From the NCBI GenBank assembly GCA_965368115.1, contig CBDULQ010000001.1, positions 1 to 47,690 on the forward strand: a stretch of 47,690 bases of DNA, in the 5' to 3' direction. Positions 39,343-47,690 of the stretch are shown piece after piece; within the stretch, counting starts at the first letter, position 1; each line of letters starts with the position of its first letter. A program made the translations under genes and the position numbers. Source of the DNA: an uncultured Gammaproteobacteria bacterium (lineage in GTDB: Bacteria > Pseudomonadota > Gammaproteobacteria > SZUA-229). The notes beneath the pieces were generated by a model, which searched no databases, had not been told where the DNA came from, and saw only the letters and a list, made by a program, of their open reading frames with translations.

Positions 39343-40143
39343 TCAGGCGACAGCACCGGTCGGTGCCTTGCTGCCGGATTTAACCTGTTTGCGGATAATT
39401 TCGCCGGCCAGGGAAAAATAGGCCAGCGCGCCGCGAGATGTCTTGTCGTATTTCAATACCGGCAAACCGTGACTGGGTGCTTCCGCCAGGCGCACATTAC
39501 GCGGCACCACGGTGCGATAGACGCGATCGCCGAAATGTTCGATCAGCTGTTCCGAAACATCGTTGGCGAGTTTGTTACGCGGATCGAACATGGTGCGTAA
39601 CAGACCTTCGATCTGCAGATTCGGATTCACGCTGCTGCGCACCTGCTCGATGGTGTCGACCAGTGCCGTCAGACCTTCCAACGCATAATATTCGCATTGC
39701 ATGGGAATCAGCACGCCGTCGGACGAGACCAGGGCATTCAGGGTCAGCATGTTTAATGAGGGCGGGCAGTCGATGATGACGTAATCGAAATCGTTTTTCA
39801 CCGCATCCAGTGCATCGCGCAGGCGGCGCTCACGTTGATCCGCGTTCATCAATTCCACTTCCGCGGCGGTCAGATCGCTGTTAGCCGGCAGCACCGAATA
39901 GCCGGCCTCGGCGACAAATTCGATACACTGCTGTATATTCACTTCGCCCAGCAGGACATCGCAGACGGTATATTCCAGATCATACTTATCAACGCCACTG
40001 CCCATGGTGGCATTACCCTGTGGATCCAGATCGATGAGGAGAACCTTGCGCTTGACCTCGGCCAGTGATGCGGCCAGGTTGACCGAAGTGGTGGTCTTGC
40101 CCACACCGCCTTTCTGGTTGGTTACTGCAATAACTTTAGTCAT
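39343..40143 (-). CDS. parA: Chromosome partitioning ATPase ParA (Soj)
   Basis: 266 aa. Deviant Walker A 'NQKGGVGKTT'. Confidence 0.93.
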   Translation of the reverse strand: MTKVIAVTNQKGGVGKTTTSVNLAASLAEVKRKVLLIDLDPQGNATMGSGVDKYDLEYTVCDVLLGEVNIQQCIEFVAEAGYSVLPANSDLTAAEVELMNADQRERRLRDALDAVKNDFDYVIIDCPPSLNMLTLNALVSSDGVLIPMQCEYYALEGLTALVDTIEQVRSSVNPNLQIEGLLRTMFDPRNKLANDVSEQLIEHFGDRVYRTVVPRNVRLAEAPSHGLPVLKYDKTSRGALAYFSLAGEIIRKQVKSGSKAPTGAVA

Positions 40144-40754
40144 GACTTCTTAATCGTTATCAGGTGTCGTTCTTCTTCCAGCCAGGCGACCTGTAAGTCA
40201 TGGCTGTCCAGTCGTTGGTAACCCGCGGGCAACTCGGGAAGCGCCTCTTTACCGACCATGGCCAGTATCCGGGTAGATGATGTTACCAGATGTTGGGTGC
40301 GTTCCAATATAGTATTTATCGCCGCGAAGGCCCGGCAGGTGATGATGCCGAAGCGGGTATCGGTCCGGTAATCTTCCACTCGGCCATGAATAACTTCAAG
40401 GTTATCAAGCCCTAACTCGATTTTGACCTGGGTGAGAAAACGGGTTTTCTTGCCGTTGCTGTCGAGCAGCACAAACTGATAATCGGGCCGACACAGGGCC
40501 AGCGGAATACCGGGTAAACCGGCACCGCTGCCCACGTCGAGCACCGGCGAATCATCGATGAAGGGCAGAATACTGAGGCTGTCCAGCAGATGGCGAATCA
40601 CCATCTGGTCCAGATCGCGGATAGCGGTCAGGTTGTAAGCCCGGTTCCACTTCTGCATCAGCTTGAGATACGCCAGCAGTTCGGTCTGCACCTCAGCCGT
40701 CACTTCCAGGCCCATGCGATTCAGGCCCTGGAACAGTCTCAGTTCCGCGTTCAT
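40140..40754 (-). CDS. rsmG: 16S rRNA (guanine527-N7)-methyltransferase RsmG (GidB)
   Basis: 204 aa. SAM motif 'VLDVGSGAGLPGIPLA'. Overlaps the parA start (ATGA). Confidence 0.92.
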   Translation of the reverse strand: MNAELRLFQGLNRMGLEVTAEVQTELLAYLKLMQKWNRAYNLTAIRDLDQMVIRHLLDSLSILPFIDDSPVLDVGSGAGLPGIPLALCRPDYQFVLLDSNGKKTRFLTQVKIELGLDNLEVIHGRVEDYRTDTRFGIITCRAFAAINTILERTQHLVTSSTRILAMVGKEALPELPAGYQRLDSHDLQVAWLEEERHLITIKKS

Positions 40755-41213
40755 TCAGTCCTTATCCACGGCCTTGCTGGTAAAAGTATCCAGCGCGCCG
40801 GTAATCTTACCGATGATGGCAGCGTTTTTCAGTTGATGGCGTTGCTGCAAAGCACTCGGCTTCAGGTAACTCAACCAGACCTGGCCCTGGTCGTCGCGCC
40901 AGGCCAGCGCTTTCATGGGTAGTTCCAGACCCATCATGGGCGCTTCGCGCATCAGCGGCGAACCGGTTTTCGGGTTACCGAAAATCAGCAGCTGACTGGG
41001 TCGCAGCGTCTCCCCGACCCGCTTCGCGCCGGCCCCGTGATCAACCCGGGCGAAAATGGTAATACCTTTGGATTCGAGAACCTTTTGCAGACGATCGATG
41101 GTTTTATCGACAGGATAGGGGCTTTTCTTACTGATAAACAAATCGGAAGCATGGCCGTTTGCGACCATGAACAGACTGCCGAGTAGCAGCGTCAGGCGTG
41201 CGACTTTTTTCAT
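40755..41213 (-). CDS. Secreted DUF302-domain protein
   Basis: Start trimmed to Met16, 'MKKVARLTLLLGSLFMVANGHA|SD'. DUF302-like core 'KGITIFARVDHGAGAKRVG...LLIFGNPKTGSPLM'. Stop abuts the rsmG start. Confidence 0.72.
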   Translation of the reverse strand: MKKVARLTLLLGSLFMVANGHASDLFISKKSPYPVDKTIDRLQKVLESKGITIFARVDHGAGAKRVGETLRPSQLLIFGNPKTGSPLMREAPMMGLELPMKALAWRDDQGQVWLSYLKPSALQQRHQLKNAAIIGKITGALDTFTSKAVDKD

Positions 41214-41283
41214 TTTGAATATCCCTGTTAGCGTGGATGACCCTGAATAGATGCACACTCTGGCATAAAAATTCGTTTAAAAC

Positions 41284-43179
41284 CTAGACGGCTTTCTGGT
41301 TTGCTGCGAAGCCATGTTTCTTGATGTGCACCATCAACAGGGACACCGCCGCCGGGGTGACGCCGGAGATGCGGCCCGCCTGGCCCAGGGTGGCAGGACG
41401 ATGATCGATAAGTTTCTGCCGCACTTCGTTGGACAGACCGCGCACCGCCGTGTAATCGAAATCCGCCGGAATCGGGTTGTCTTCATAACGTCGCGCTCGG
41501 TCGATCTCGTCCTGCTGGCGACTCAGATAACCTTCGTACTTGGCCTGGATCTCCACCTGTTCCGCCACCAGCGGATCACTGGCCGGAGGCCCCAGTTCGG
41601 GCACCGAAGTCAGTTTAGCGTAATCCATTTCCGGTCGGCGCAGCAGATCGATAGCGCGAGCTTCCTTACTCAGGGGTTTATCCAGAATGGCGGCCACGCC
41701 GGCACCCGCATCCGACTGCGGCTGGACCCACAGATCCTGCAAACGTTGCTGTTCCCGTGTAATGGCTTCACGTTTTTCACTGAATGCGCGCCATTGATCC
41801 TCGCCCAGCAGACCCAGATCCTGGGCGATCTCCGACAGGCGCAAATCGGCGTTATCTTCGCGCAGCGTCAAACGGTATTCGGCGCGGCTGGTGAACATGC
41901 GGTAGGGTTCGGCCGTACCGCGGGTAATCAGGTCGTCGACCAGGACTCCGATGTAAGCCTGGTCCCGTTTCGGATACCAGGGTGCCTTGCCCTGCACCTG
42001 CAAACTGGCATTGATCGCCGCCAGCATGCCCTGGGCGCCGGCTTCTTCGTAACCGGTGGTGCCATTGATCTGGCCGGCGAAGAACAGACCGCCGATGTAC
42101 TTTGTTTCCAGCGTCGGTCGCAGATCCCGCGGATCGAAATAATCGTATTCGATGGCGTAGCCGGGCCGGGTGATGTGTGCGTTTTCGAAGCCCTTGATCG
42201 ACCTGACCAGTTCGAACTGCACGTCGAAGGGCAGGCTGGTGGAGATACCGTTGGGGTAGATCTCCTGGCTACGCAGACCTTCCGGTTCGATGAAAATCTG
42301 GTGCGAATCCTTGTCGGCGAAGCGCACGATTTTATCTTCGATGGACGGGCAGTAACGCGGACCCACACCTTCGATCACCCCGGAATACATGGGTGAACGA
42401 TCCAGGCCACCCATGATGATTTCATGAGTACGCGCATTGGTGTGGGTAATGTGGCAGCTGATCTGCTGCGGATGATCCGCCAGCGACCCGGTAAAGGAAA
42501 ACACCGGTGTGGGCGTATCGCCGGGCTGTTCCTGCAGTTCGGAATAATCGATGGAGCGCGAATCGATGCGCGGCGGGGTACCGGTTTTCAGTCGACCCAC
42601 GCGCAGCGGTAGTTCGCGCAGGCGTTCCGACAGGGTCAGGGACGGCGGATCGCCGGCGCGGCCGCCGGAATAATTACTCTGGCCGATGTGAATCAGGCCG
42701 CCCAGAAAAGTACCGGCGGTGAGCACCACGCTGCGGGCATGAAACTTCAAACCCATCTTGGTCACGACACCGGTGACCCGGTCATTTTCGATGATCAGAT
42801 CATCCGCTGGTTGCTGGAACAGACTCAGGTTAGGCTGGTTTTCCAGAATATCGCGGATCGCATACTTATATAACATGCGGTCGGCCTGGGCGCGGGTGGC
42901 GCGCACCGCCGGACCTTTGCGACGATTGAGCACACGGAACTGAATACCGCCGCGATCCGCGGCTTTCGCCATGGCACCACCCATGGCGTCGATTTCCTTC
43001 ACCAGGTGACCCTTGCCGATACCGCCGATGGCCGGGTTGCAGCTCATCTGGCCCAGGGTTTCGATATTGTGGGTCAGCAACAGGGTTTTCGATCCCATGC
43101 GCGCAGCCGCCAGCGCCGCCTCGGTACCGGCGTGACCACCGCCGATGACTATGACATCGTAGGAATCTGCATAAAACAT
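41284..43179 (-). CDS. mnmG: tRNA uridine 5-carboxymethylaminomethyl modification enzyme MnmG (GidA)
   Basis: 631 aa. '[23 protein letters not shown]' FAD motif, full-length GidA hallmarks. Confidence 0.96.
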   Translation of the reverse strand: MFYADSYDVIVIGGGHAGTEAALAAARMGSKTLLLTHNIETLGQMSCNPAIGGIGKGHLVKEIDAMGGAMAKAADRGGIQFRVLNRRKGPAVRATRAQADRMLYKYAIRDILENQPNLSLFQQPADDLIIENDRVTGVVTKMGLKFHARSVVLTAGTFLGGLIHIGQSNYSGGRAGDPPSLTLSERLRELPLRVGRLKTGTPPRIDSRSIDYSELQEQPGDTPTPVFSFTGSLADHPQQISCHITHTNARTHEIIMGGLDRSPMYSGVIEGVGPRYCPSIEDKIVRFADKDSHQIFIEPEGLRSQEIYPNGISTSLPFDVQFELVRSIKGFENAHITRPGYAIEYDYFDPRDLRPTLETKYIGGLFFAGQINGTTGYEEAGAQGMLAAINASLQVQGKAPWYPKRDQAYIGVLVDDLITRGTAEPYRMFTSRAEYRLTLREDNADLRLSEIAQDLGLLGEDQWRAFSEKREAITREQQRLQDLWVQPQSDAGAGVAAILDKPLSKEARAIDLLRRPEMDYAKLTSVPELGPPASDPLVAEQVEIQAKYEGYLSRQQDEIDRARRYEDNPIPADFDYTAVRGLSNEVRQKLIDHRPATLGQAGRISGVTPAAVSLLMVHIKKHGFAANQKAV

Positions 43180-43319
43180 GACTGCTGACCGTCAGAAATT
43201 TTCGAGCCGCGTATTATCGCGTAAATGACTCTGGTTAAATAGTGTTCAATTTATATTTTTCGGCTTTGCGATCTCGAGTCGCGTTAAGCCGGTTCCTGGA
43301 GAACAATTCCTTATAAATA

Positions 43320-44651
43320 TCAGGGTTGCTTGCTTTCGAGTAAATCAATCGGATTACCCCGAGCCAGGAATCGGCGCAATTCTTCAGATATTCTGTCGTC
43401 GTTTGCAACACGAAACCAGAACTCCCTTGCAACCTGCTTTATGTTGTCTACCGTTTTCTTATTGGTGATAACGGGTTTAATATCAGGTGCAATAAAATTG
43501 TACTGACCAACTTCATCCCCACTCCTGGGCGCAAAACCCATCGAACACATATCGTATGCGGGCAGTAATCTGAAAACATGCCCGTCAATAGCCAGACTTA
43601 AGTTGCCCAGGTGCATATCGGTATTGTTGATCAAACGTCCAAAATGCCACAGACCCTCGGCATCAATTACATGTGTATCGTTAACCAGGCCTTTTTGATG
43701 TAAACCCACCATAACATTCGGCCAATTGCTGCCCAATCCCGTAAACTCTGCGTCCACCGCCTGTAAAGAGATCATCGACAATCGTCCATCCTGTCCGGAG
43801 CGATCAAAACGAATGGATTCCAGAAAAAGCCGGCCTTGTTTTTCTATTAACCGCGTTTGTGCCGCTGGAAAACCCGTTTCATTCAATACCTCTGTTGCAT
43901 GGAATTCTGTGATTAAAATATCCCGCCAGCGTCTGGATAATTCATTCTTCTCTTTCGGGGAAAACTTAACGATCACATGCGCGAATCTTTCTGCACTAAA
44001 CGCCGTAAATTTGGGTTGTTCTCCGCCTGCCGATGATCCAGGAATAGAACCACTCATAACCGCATCGGCCAGTGCCGGATAATCGTTTTCTTCAACCGGT
44101 GTCGGTTTTCGAGTAACTCTATAAATAGCCTGCGGTCCGAATTTGAAATTCCCCGGCAGATCATCACCATTAGAAATCAAATACCGTCCGATGTGATTTG
44201 ATTGCCAATATTTTGTATCTTCAGGAAATTCTCCGGACCTGCTCGCCATGTCTTTCGCTATCTGTCGGCCTAAAAAACCCTGCGGTGCCAGGTCATATAG
44301 AAAGTAGGGCAAGTCATCATAAAGACCGTCACCTTTTTCACCCAATAGCACCTGAGGCATACCGGCTCTGGCATCAACGTAAAATCCGCCGTGCGCCAGA
44401 GGACGGATATCGGCAACAGGAACCCAATTGCCATAAGGATCTACCATGACCAGTAAAAGCTTGTCATCCGCCCCATAAGCATTGGTCGCCAGAGCGTATC
44501 GGCGCGACCGACCTTCTTTGAGCGTAATAACACGATCACCCAGATTCCTTAATTGCCTGGCGACAGCCGTCTGACTCAAACCGGTAGTGGCCTGAATTTC
44601 CTTAGAACTCGCTGGGCCTTGTTCAAGATAGTCTTTTATATTCATCGCCAT
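43320..44651 (-). CDS. HipA-family Ser/Thr kinase with fused N-terminal HTH domain (YjjJ/HipH-like)
   Basis: 443 aa. wHTH 'SSKEIQATTGLSQTAVARQLRNL', Gly-rich loop 'SSAGGEQPKF', catalytic 'NNTDMHLGNLS', Mg-binding 'LLPAYDM'. No adjacent hipB-like ORF. Confidence 0.85.
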   Translation of the reverse strand: MAMNIKDYLEQGPASSKEIQATTGLSQTAVARQLRNLGDRVITLKEGRSRRYALATNAYGADDKLLLVMVDPYGNWVPVADIRPLAHGGFYVDARAGMPQVLLGEKGDGLYDDLPYFLYDLAPQGFLGRQIAKDMASRSGEFPEDTKYWQSNHIGRYLISNGDDLPGNFKFGPQAIYRVTRKPTPVEENDYPALADAVMSGSIPGSSAGGEQPKFTAFSAERFAHVIVKFSPKEKNELSRRWRDILITEFHATEVLNETGFPAAQTRLIEKQGRLFLESIRFDRSGQDGRLSMISLQAVDAEFTGLGSNWPNVMVGLHQKGLVNDTHVIDAEGLWHFGRLINNTDMHLGNLSLAIDGHVFRLLPAYDMCSMGFAPRSGDEVGQYNFIAPDIKPVITNKKTVDNIKQVAREFWFRVANDDRISEELRRFLARGNPIDLLESKQP

Positions 44652-44681
44652 GGTGATTACTAATTTATTGCTTAATAATTC

Positions 44682-44779
44682 GACTAGAATAGATAAATAG
44701 AATTTTCTAAAAAAACATTTATTTAACTTAAATTATTGGATTAATCAACTAAATTTATGACTAGAATTAAATAGTATAG
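44682..44779 (-). repeat. Two direct repeats in the AT-rich region upstream of the HipA-like gene (candidate operator)
   Basis: Plus strand: GACTAGAATagatAAATAG at 44682 and GACTAGAATtAAATAG at 44759. On the minus strand these read CTATTTA..ATTCTAGTC. Confidence 0.4.
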
Positions 44780-44853
44780 TTCAGGACAGATCATTAGAAT
44801 ATTATCGAATCAGATCGGATCGACCTCTGATTCAAACGGCCGGCTCAATAGCC

Positions 44854-46200
44854 TTATTTACCGATACAGAAACTGGAAAAGATCCGCCCAAGCAGATCGT
44901 CGGAGGTGAATTCACCGGTAATCTGGTTCAGGGCTTCCTGGGCCTGGCGCAATTCTTCCGCCAGCAATTCCCCGGCCCGCAGGTTTTCAAGATTATGGCG
45001 CGCGATGGCCAGGTGGTCCCGCGCCTGATCCAGCGCATCGAGATGACGGCGGCGGGCACTGAAGCGGCCTTCCGTGGATTGCACATAACCCATGCTGGTT
45101 TTCAGGTGTTCCCGTAGCAGTTCGAGCCCGTTTCCGGTTTTCGCGCTCAAACGGATCTGCACACCCTGATCCGTCTCGGTCAATCCGGCTTCGCGACCGG
45201 TGATGTCGATCTTGTTGAACACCCGGGTGATGCCGAGTTGTGGCGGCATGCGGTCTTCGATATCCAGGTGATCGTCGCTGCGGTTCTGGTCGTCCAGCAC
45301 CAGCAGCAGGCGATCCGCCTGCTCGATCTCTTGCCAGGCACGGCGCACCCCTTCCTGTTCCACCGGATCGTCGGATTCCCGCAAACCGGCGGTATCGATG
45401 ATGTGCAGGGGCAGGCCGTCGATCTGGATATGTTCGCGCAGTACATCCCGGGTGGTGCCGGGGATATCGGTGACGATGGCCGACTCCCGCCCGGCCAGCT
45501 GATTCAATAAACTGGATTTACCCGCATTGGGGCGACCGGCGATGACCAGGGTCATGCCTTCGCGCAGCAAACAGCCCTGGCGCGCCGAGCGGAACACCTG
45601 ATCCAGCGCCGTCTCGATCTGGCCCAGTTTTCCAGCGATGCGGCCGTCGCTGATGAAATCGATTTCTTCCTCGGGAAAATCCAGCGCGGCTTCAACATAT
45701 AGCCGAAGTTCGATGATGTTCTCTACCAGATCATGCACGGTTCGCGAAAATTCACCCTGCAGGGAACGCACCGCCGCCTGCGCCGCCGCCGCCGAATCCG
45801 CTTCGATCAGGTCCGCCACCGCTTCCGCCTGGGCCAGGTCCATTTTGTCGTTGAGAAAGGCCTGTTCGGAGAATTCGCCGGCCCGGGCCATGCGCGCGCC
45901 GAGTTGCAGCACCCGTTGCAGCAGCAGATCCAGCACCACCGGACCACCGTGGGCCTGCAACTCGAGGACGTCTTCCCCGGTGAAGGAGTGGGGTTTCTGA
46001 AAATACAGGGCGATGCCGGTGTCGATGGTTTCGCCATCCGCTGCACGGAAGGGCAGATAGTCAGCGTTGCGCGGGAAAGGACATTTACCCAGCACTTTGT
46101 CTGCTATTTCGCGGCATTTAGGTCCTGATACCCGAATAATACCGACACCGCCCCGGCCCGGTGGCGTAGCGATAGCAGCGATGGTTTCAATCGGACTCAT
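44854..46200 (-). CDS. mnmE: tRNA modification GTPase MnmE (TrmE)
   Basis: 448 aa. '[20 protein letters not shown]', G1 '[10 protein letters not shown]', G3 'DTAGLR', C-terminal 'CIGK'. Confidence 0.95.
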   Translation of the reverse strand: MSPIETIAAIATPPGRGGVGIIRVSGPKCREIADKVLGKCPFPRNADYLPFRAADGETIDTGIALYFQKPHSFTGEDVLELQAHGGPVVLDLLLQRVLQLGARMARAGEFSEQAFLNDKMDLAQAEAVADLIEADSAAAAQAAVRSLQGEFSRTVHDLVENIIELRLYVEAALDFPEEEIDFISDGRIAGKLGQIETALDQVFRSARQGCLLREGMTLVIAGRPNAGKSSLLNQLAGRESAIVTDIPGTTRDVLREHIQIDGLPLHIIDTAGLRESDDPVEQEGVRRAWQEIEQADRLLLVLDDQNRSDDHLDIEDRMPPQLGITRVFNKIDITGREAGLTETDQGVQIRLSAKTGNGLELLREHLKTSMGYVQSTEGRFSARRRHLDALDQARDHLAIARHNLENLRAGELLAEELRQAQEALNQITGEFTSDDLLGRIFSSFCIGK

Positions 46201-46218
46201 GGCGATACTCGTGCAATG

Positions 46219-46262
46219 AAAAAGGGCTCGGCAACCTGAATACTAAACAAGTTGCGAGCCCT
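46219..46262 (-). terminator. Rho-independent terminator after yidC
   Basis: Minus strand: GGGCTCGCAAC-loop-GTTGCCGAGCCC followed by TTTTT. One-nt bulge in the stem. Confidence 0.55.
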
Positions 46263-46287
46263 TCGCGATGGATCAGTGCTGAATCGA

Positions 46288-47690
46288 TCAGCTCGAGGCT
46301 TCGATGCGTTTGGTAATCACCCACTGCTGGGCAATGGACAGCAGGTTATTCACCACCCAGTACAGCACCAGACCGGATGGGAACCAGAGGAAGAACACGG
46401 TGAACATTACCGGCATGATCTGGAACAGCTTGGCCTGCATGGGATCGATGGGCGCGGGATTCAGTTTCTGCTGCACGAACATGGAAATACCCATGATGAT
46501 CGGCAGTACGTAATAGGGATCTTTTTCCGACAGGTTGGTAATCCACAGGGCAAACGGCGCATTACGCATTTCCACCGATTCCAGCAGTACCCAGTAGAGG
46601 GCGATGAAAACCGGTATCTGCACCAGGATCGGTAAACAACCACCCAGCGGATTGATCTTTTCTTCCTTGTACATCTGCATCATCGCCTGGGACATGCGCT
46701 GGCGATCATCGCCGTAACGTTCTTTCAGGGTTTGCAGACGCGGTGCGACCTTACGCATTTTCGCCATGGAACGGTAACTGGTTTCCGACAGTTTGTAGAA
46801 CACCAGCTTAACGGTCAGGGTCAGGAAAATAATCGCCCAGCCCCAGTTGTTGAATAGCTTGTGGTACATCTCCAGCAACCAGAACAGCGGCTTGGCCAGA
46901 ATGGTCAGCATGCCATAATCAACGGTCAGTTCCAGACCCGGTGCGATGGTTTCCAGGCGATCCTGTAATTTGGGCCCGACCACCAGACGGCTATGGAAAA
47001 CACCCTCTTCACCGGCTTTTACGGTTTGCGCCGGGGAACGCAGGCCGAGAATGAAACGGTTATCGCTGGGGTGGAGGGAATAAGCCAGGTTCTCTTCCTG
47101 CTGATCCGGAATCCAGGCCGCCAGGAAATAGTGCTGAATCATCGCCACCCAGCCGCCGGCCATGTCGAGCTTCAGATTATCTTCCTTCATGTCAGAGAAA
47201 CTGACTTTATCGTAGTTGAGTTCCTTGTTGTAAACGACGCCGCCGGTATAGGTGTAGATGAACTGGGATTCCCGTTCATCGTCTTCGGCGCGGATCAGCT
47301 GACGGAACTGGGCACCGGACCAGTCGCTGCTCGGTTTCACCTGATGTGTCACATCGATGACATAACTGTCGCGTTTGAAGCTAAAGATCTTACTGACGTT
47401 TACACCCTGGTCCTGCCAGTGCAGGGTTACCTGTAGTTCGTCTTCACCTTCACCCATGCGGTATTCAGTTTTGTCCGCAGAATAAATAGCCTTGTTATCC
47501 GGCGCCACAGAAGAAGAAGACAGCAATCCGGACTGGGCGACGTGAAACTTGCTTTCCTTTTCGGTGAACATCTGGACTTTCTGGTCCGGATGTTCGGAAT
47601 CTTTGGGATAGTCGCGCAGGAACAGTTTATTGATCGCACCACCGCGGGTGTCGATTTCCAGTCGATACAGATCGGTCACCACATTAATGG
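46288..47690 (-). CDS. yidC: Membrane protein insertase YidC (N-terminus runs off the window)
   Basis: At least 464 aa in frame to the window edge. Conserved C-terminal core 'LGGCLPILVQIPVFIALYWVL...FLWFPSGLVLYWVVNN'. The periplasmic P1 domain is truncated by the window end. Confidence 0.93.
   Translation of the reverse strand, partial: INVVTDLYRLEIDTRGGAINKLFLRDYPKDSEHPDQKVQMFTEKESKFHVAQSGLLSSSSVAPDNKAIYSADKTEYRMGEGEDELQVTLHWQDQGVNVSKIFSFKRDSYVIDVTHQVKPSSDWSGAQFRQLIRAEDDERESQFIYTYTGGVVYNKELNYDKVSFSDMKEDNLKLDMAGGWVAMIQHYFLAAWIPDQQEENLAYSLHPSDNRFILGLRSPAQTVKAGEEGVFHSRLVVGPKLQDRLETIAPGLELTVDYGMLTILAKPLFWLLEMYHKLFNNWGWAIIFLTLTVKLVFYKLSETSYRSMAKMRKVAPRLQTLKERYGDDRQRMSQAMMQMYKEEKINPLGGCLPILVQIPVFIALYWVLLESVEMRNAPFALWITNLSEKDPYYVLPIIMGISMFVQQKLNPAPIDPMQAKLFQIMPVMFTVFFLWFPSGLVLYWVVNNLLSIAQQWVITKRIEASS

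Noticed and set aside
38419-40143. Search for parS centromere sites (TGTTNCACGTGNAACA) in and around parAB.
   Set aside because: Only partial half-site matches were seen, for example GGTTTCACGTACCGAC at about 38633-38648 and GTGAAACG at about 38397-38404. No full palindrome was found, so no parS is called.
43220-43320. Compound hairpin CGGCTTtGCGAtctcgaGTCGCgttAAGCCG downstream of the HipA-like gene, as its terminator.
   Set aside because: On the transcribed (minus) strand the hairpin is followed by an A-run, not a U-run, so it is not a canonical intrinsic terminator. It may still be structural, but I cannot support a call.
44652-44853. The AT-rich 202-nt spacer near mnmE/mnmG as a possible oriC, since oriC is next to gidA in E. 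coli and Vibrio.
   Set aside because: I could find no cluster of DnaA boxes (TTATCCACA/TGTGGATAA) here. The only 8/9 matches in the window are isolated and lie inside coding sequence (40762-40769 and 38503-38510). With yidC at the window edge, the rnpA-rpmH-dnaA region and the origin are more likely just beyond position 47690.

Overview
47.7 kb chromosomal segment, most likely from a gammaproteobacterium. All calls come from reading the ORF translations and the DNA by eye, with no database search.

The right half (29-47.7 kb, all minus strand) is the conserved origin-proximal block: yidC(partial)-mnmE-[HipA-like insert]-mnmG-[DUF302 insert]-rsmG-parA-parB-atpIBEFHAGDC-[second atpC]-glmU.

The middle (18.4-29 kb) is housekeeping and envelope genes: trmL, gpsA-secB-grxC-rhodanese-ArsR/SqrR-like, envC-ctpA-yajL, a SpoU methyltransferase, a DUF4266/DUF3570 pair and a fused nucleotidyltransferase-HEPN protein.

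The left end carries ntrB-ntrC. Next to it is the most interesting feature, a ~15.5 kb minus-strand type IV filament (MSHA/T2SS-like) locus at 2.5-18.1 kb. It has 12 tightly coupled genes: an ExeA-like AAA+ protein with a SPOR domain, a lipoprotein secretin, a GspB-like/TPR protein, an MshE-type ATPase with a c-di-GMP-binding-type motif, a GspF platform, three alignment-complex-like proteins, a giant Cys-rich minor pilin, a GspG-like pseudopilin, an ABC-2 permease and an accessory protein. A separately expressed major prepilin and an ABC ATPase follow. Gene order and composition do not match the canonical msh, pil or gsp layouts.

Other notable points:
- a diverged tandem duplication of the ATP synthase epsilon subunit, sitting behind the atp terminator
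- a monocistronic HTH-HipA (YjjJ/HipH-like) kinase with an AT-rich upstream region, inserted between mnmE and mnmG
- a two-cysteine SqrR/BigR-type regulator next to a rhodanese

No rRNA, tRNA, CRISPR array, transposase or integrase was recognised.
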